A stretch of 63,777 nt of DNA, filler included, from Lama guanicoe (taxonomy: Eukaryota): NCBI GenBank assembly GCA_013239625.1. It is 208 parts of 208 records of this genome, joined end to end, with 100 filler letters (N's around TTAATTAATTAA, not from the genome) between each part and the next. Parts side by side here need not be neighbours in the genome. Positions count along the whole stretch, not along the records: positions 62,338 to 62,545 come from PNXV01034572.1; positions 62,646 to 62,853 come from PNXV01034573.1; positions 62,954 to 63,161 come from PNXV01034574.1; positions 63,262 to 63,469 come from PNXV01034575.1; positions 63,570 to 63,777 come from PNXV01034576.1; 203 more parts are not named here. One strand, given 5' to 3'. The notes below the pieces were generated by a model that was not told where the DNA came from, did not search any database, and saw only the letters and a list, made by a program, of their open reading frames with translations. The position numbers and the translations under genes were made by a program. Shown in pieces: positions 62,238-63,777 of this stretch (positions within the stretch are counted from its first letter, which is position 1; every line of letters begins with the position of its first letter).

Positions 62238-63777
62238 NNNNNNNNNNNNNNNNNNNNNNNNNNNNNNNNNNNNNNNNNNNNTTAATTAATTAANNNNNNN
62301 NNNNNNNNNNNNNNNNNNNNNNNNNNNNNNNNNNNNNAGGAGAATTCTTAAATATATGCTTTGAAAGTAATAAGTTGAACACCTGTGCAATGTAAGTTCA
62401 AAAGTTTACCTACTTAAGTTGTATCTTTTGTTAGATATTGAGTCTTCTAAATTTTAGAATACCATTGAAACATCAGAATTTTACAAAGATATTCCGGAAA
62501 GGACAGTTTCTTTCACCGAATGCTACTTTGTCTATGTGTGGTGGGNNNNNNNNNNNNNNNNNNNNNNNNNNNNNNNNNNNNNNNNNNNNTTAATTAATTA
62601 ANNNNNNNNNNNNNNNNNNNNNNNNNNNNNNNNNNNNNNNNNNNNACTTGCTCCCCTATACAGACATACACTGAAAGGCACAGGTAGTAAACAGTATCAA
62701 GTTGATTATTGACTATCATGAGTGTTGAGGTTCTTTGGCAAAAGAATGCTTCAGCCCATGTAAAAAATAAAAATACTACAATTAGTACATACTCATAACC
62801 CACGGGGAAATCGCAATTGTTTAAATCCTTTTCGAAATACACAACATGTTTCCNNNNNNNNNNNNNNNNNNNNNNNNNNNNNNNNNNNNNNNNNNNNTTA
62901 ATTAATTAANNNNNNNNNNNNNNNNNNNNNNNNNNNNNNNNNNNNNNNNNNNNTCATCACTATTTGCTGATACGATGTTACATCCCAATGAGTGAAATGA
63001 AGCACTGTTGGAATAGCCTAACGATTTCAAAAAAGCGGCTGGATACAAACATCAACATACAGAAACCAGATGTATTGTTTTGTATTAATTATGCAGCAGC
63101 TGAAAAAGAAAGAAAGGAAATGATCTCATTCAGAATAGCAAATGAAAAGAAAGCAAAACAANNNNNNNNNNNNNNNNNNNNNNNNNNNNNNNNNNNNNNN
63201 NNNNNTTAATTAATTAANNNNNNNNNNNNNNNNNNNNNNNNNNNNNNNNNNNNNNNNNNNNGGGAATTTGCAGGGACCCAGCAAAAATTCCTCTGATGTG
63301 AACAGATAACGGGGGCGAGAAAATGGATTCTCTCTCTTCTTAGACGCAAAGGCCCCGGTCCTGCTAGCCAGGGAGCGGGAAGGCACCTCCTCGCACATCA
63401 GAAGAGGGATCCTGTATCTCTGATTCCCCAGAAACCCTCTTCTTTGATTTCCTGCTGAGTGGCCAGGACNNNNNNNNNNNNNNNNNNNNNNNNNNNNNNN
63501 NNNNNNNNNNNNNTTAATTAATTAANNNNNNNNNNNNNNNNNNNNNNNNNNNNNNNNNNNNNNNNNNNNTTGGTGTTTTTAAAAAAGATGAGCTCTCTAG
63601 CTTTAAGTTCCTTTCCTTAGCTTACCACAATCACAATTTTTTTTTTCACCCCAAAGGTGATCTAGTTTATTTTTTGCAAAAGCTTAACATCCTTGAAATT
63701 CTGATGTGTCAGTGTCACGAGAAAAGATCGGGAACCTTAGTGTCAAATCATGGAGTCTTCGTTAGAAAGTACGAAGT

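Larger units (their letters stand above)
208..63569. other. Synthetic contig-joining spacers N44-TTAATTAATTAA-N44 (100 nt, 207 copies; first at 208-307, core at 252-263)
   Basis: Invariant 12-mer flanked by 44 N on each side. Period is 307 bp up to 57409, then 308 bp. The 12-mer is self-complementary and gives TAA in all three frames per strand. Confidence 0.99.

Noticed and set aside
2184..63398. Supplied ORFs, including an apparent family ending in X..N or X..LIN
   Set aside because: Most reach 60 aa only by reading through Ns and stop in the linker. Only the VIM and LAX1 segments and degenerate L1 pieces resemble real proteins.
252..63525. CRISPR-like or satellite array (regular repeat plus unique equal-length spacers)
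   Set aside because: The repeat is a 12-nt all-frame stop linker embedded in Ns, the spacers are 207-208 bp mammalian fragments sorted by length, and there are no cas genes.
63600..63777. Acceptor-like site with open frame or ATGGAG start in the last contig; similar weak cases near 1975 (+) and 35405 (-)
   Set aside because: No recognisable peptide in any frame; unsupported without a search.

Overview
This is not a contiguous biological locus. It is an artificial concatenation of 208 tiny unplaced assembly contigs: 187 x 207 bp from 1 to 57309, then 21 x 208 bp from 57410 to 63777, i.e. sorted by length. They are joined by 207 identical 100-nt spacers N44-TTAATTAATTAA-N44, a palindrome with stops in all six frames. 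The arithmetic closes exactly: 187x207 + 21x208 + 207x100 = 63777. The DNA is placental-mammal genomic sequence, very probably camelid, because it carries vic-1-like tRNA-Ala-derived SINEs along with L1, L2, MIR, MLT/MER and ERV fragments. Nearly all ORFs in the supplied track are artefacts running into the N spacers. Supportable content: a vimentin exon-1 copy with an excess of C>T changes (probable pseudogene/retrocopy), part of a LAX1 coding exon, a decayed gamma-like ERV integrase C-terminus, an ERV LTR-PBS junction, a complete short SINE with a 15-bp TSD, and seven near-identical contig pairs that each share exactly 49 bp at both ends (de Bruijn bubbles). Neighbouring fragments are not physically linked, so no multi-gene system can be inferred. 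I found no credible novel biological system, and the CRISPR-like periodicity is man-made. Repeat-family and gene names come from recalled consensus and protein sequences, not from searches.
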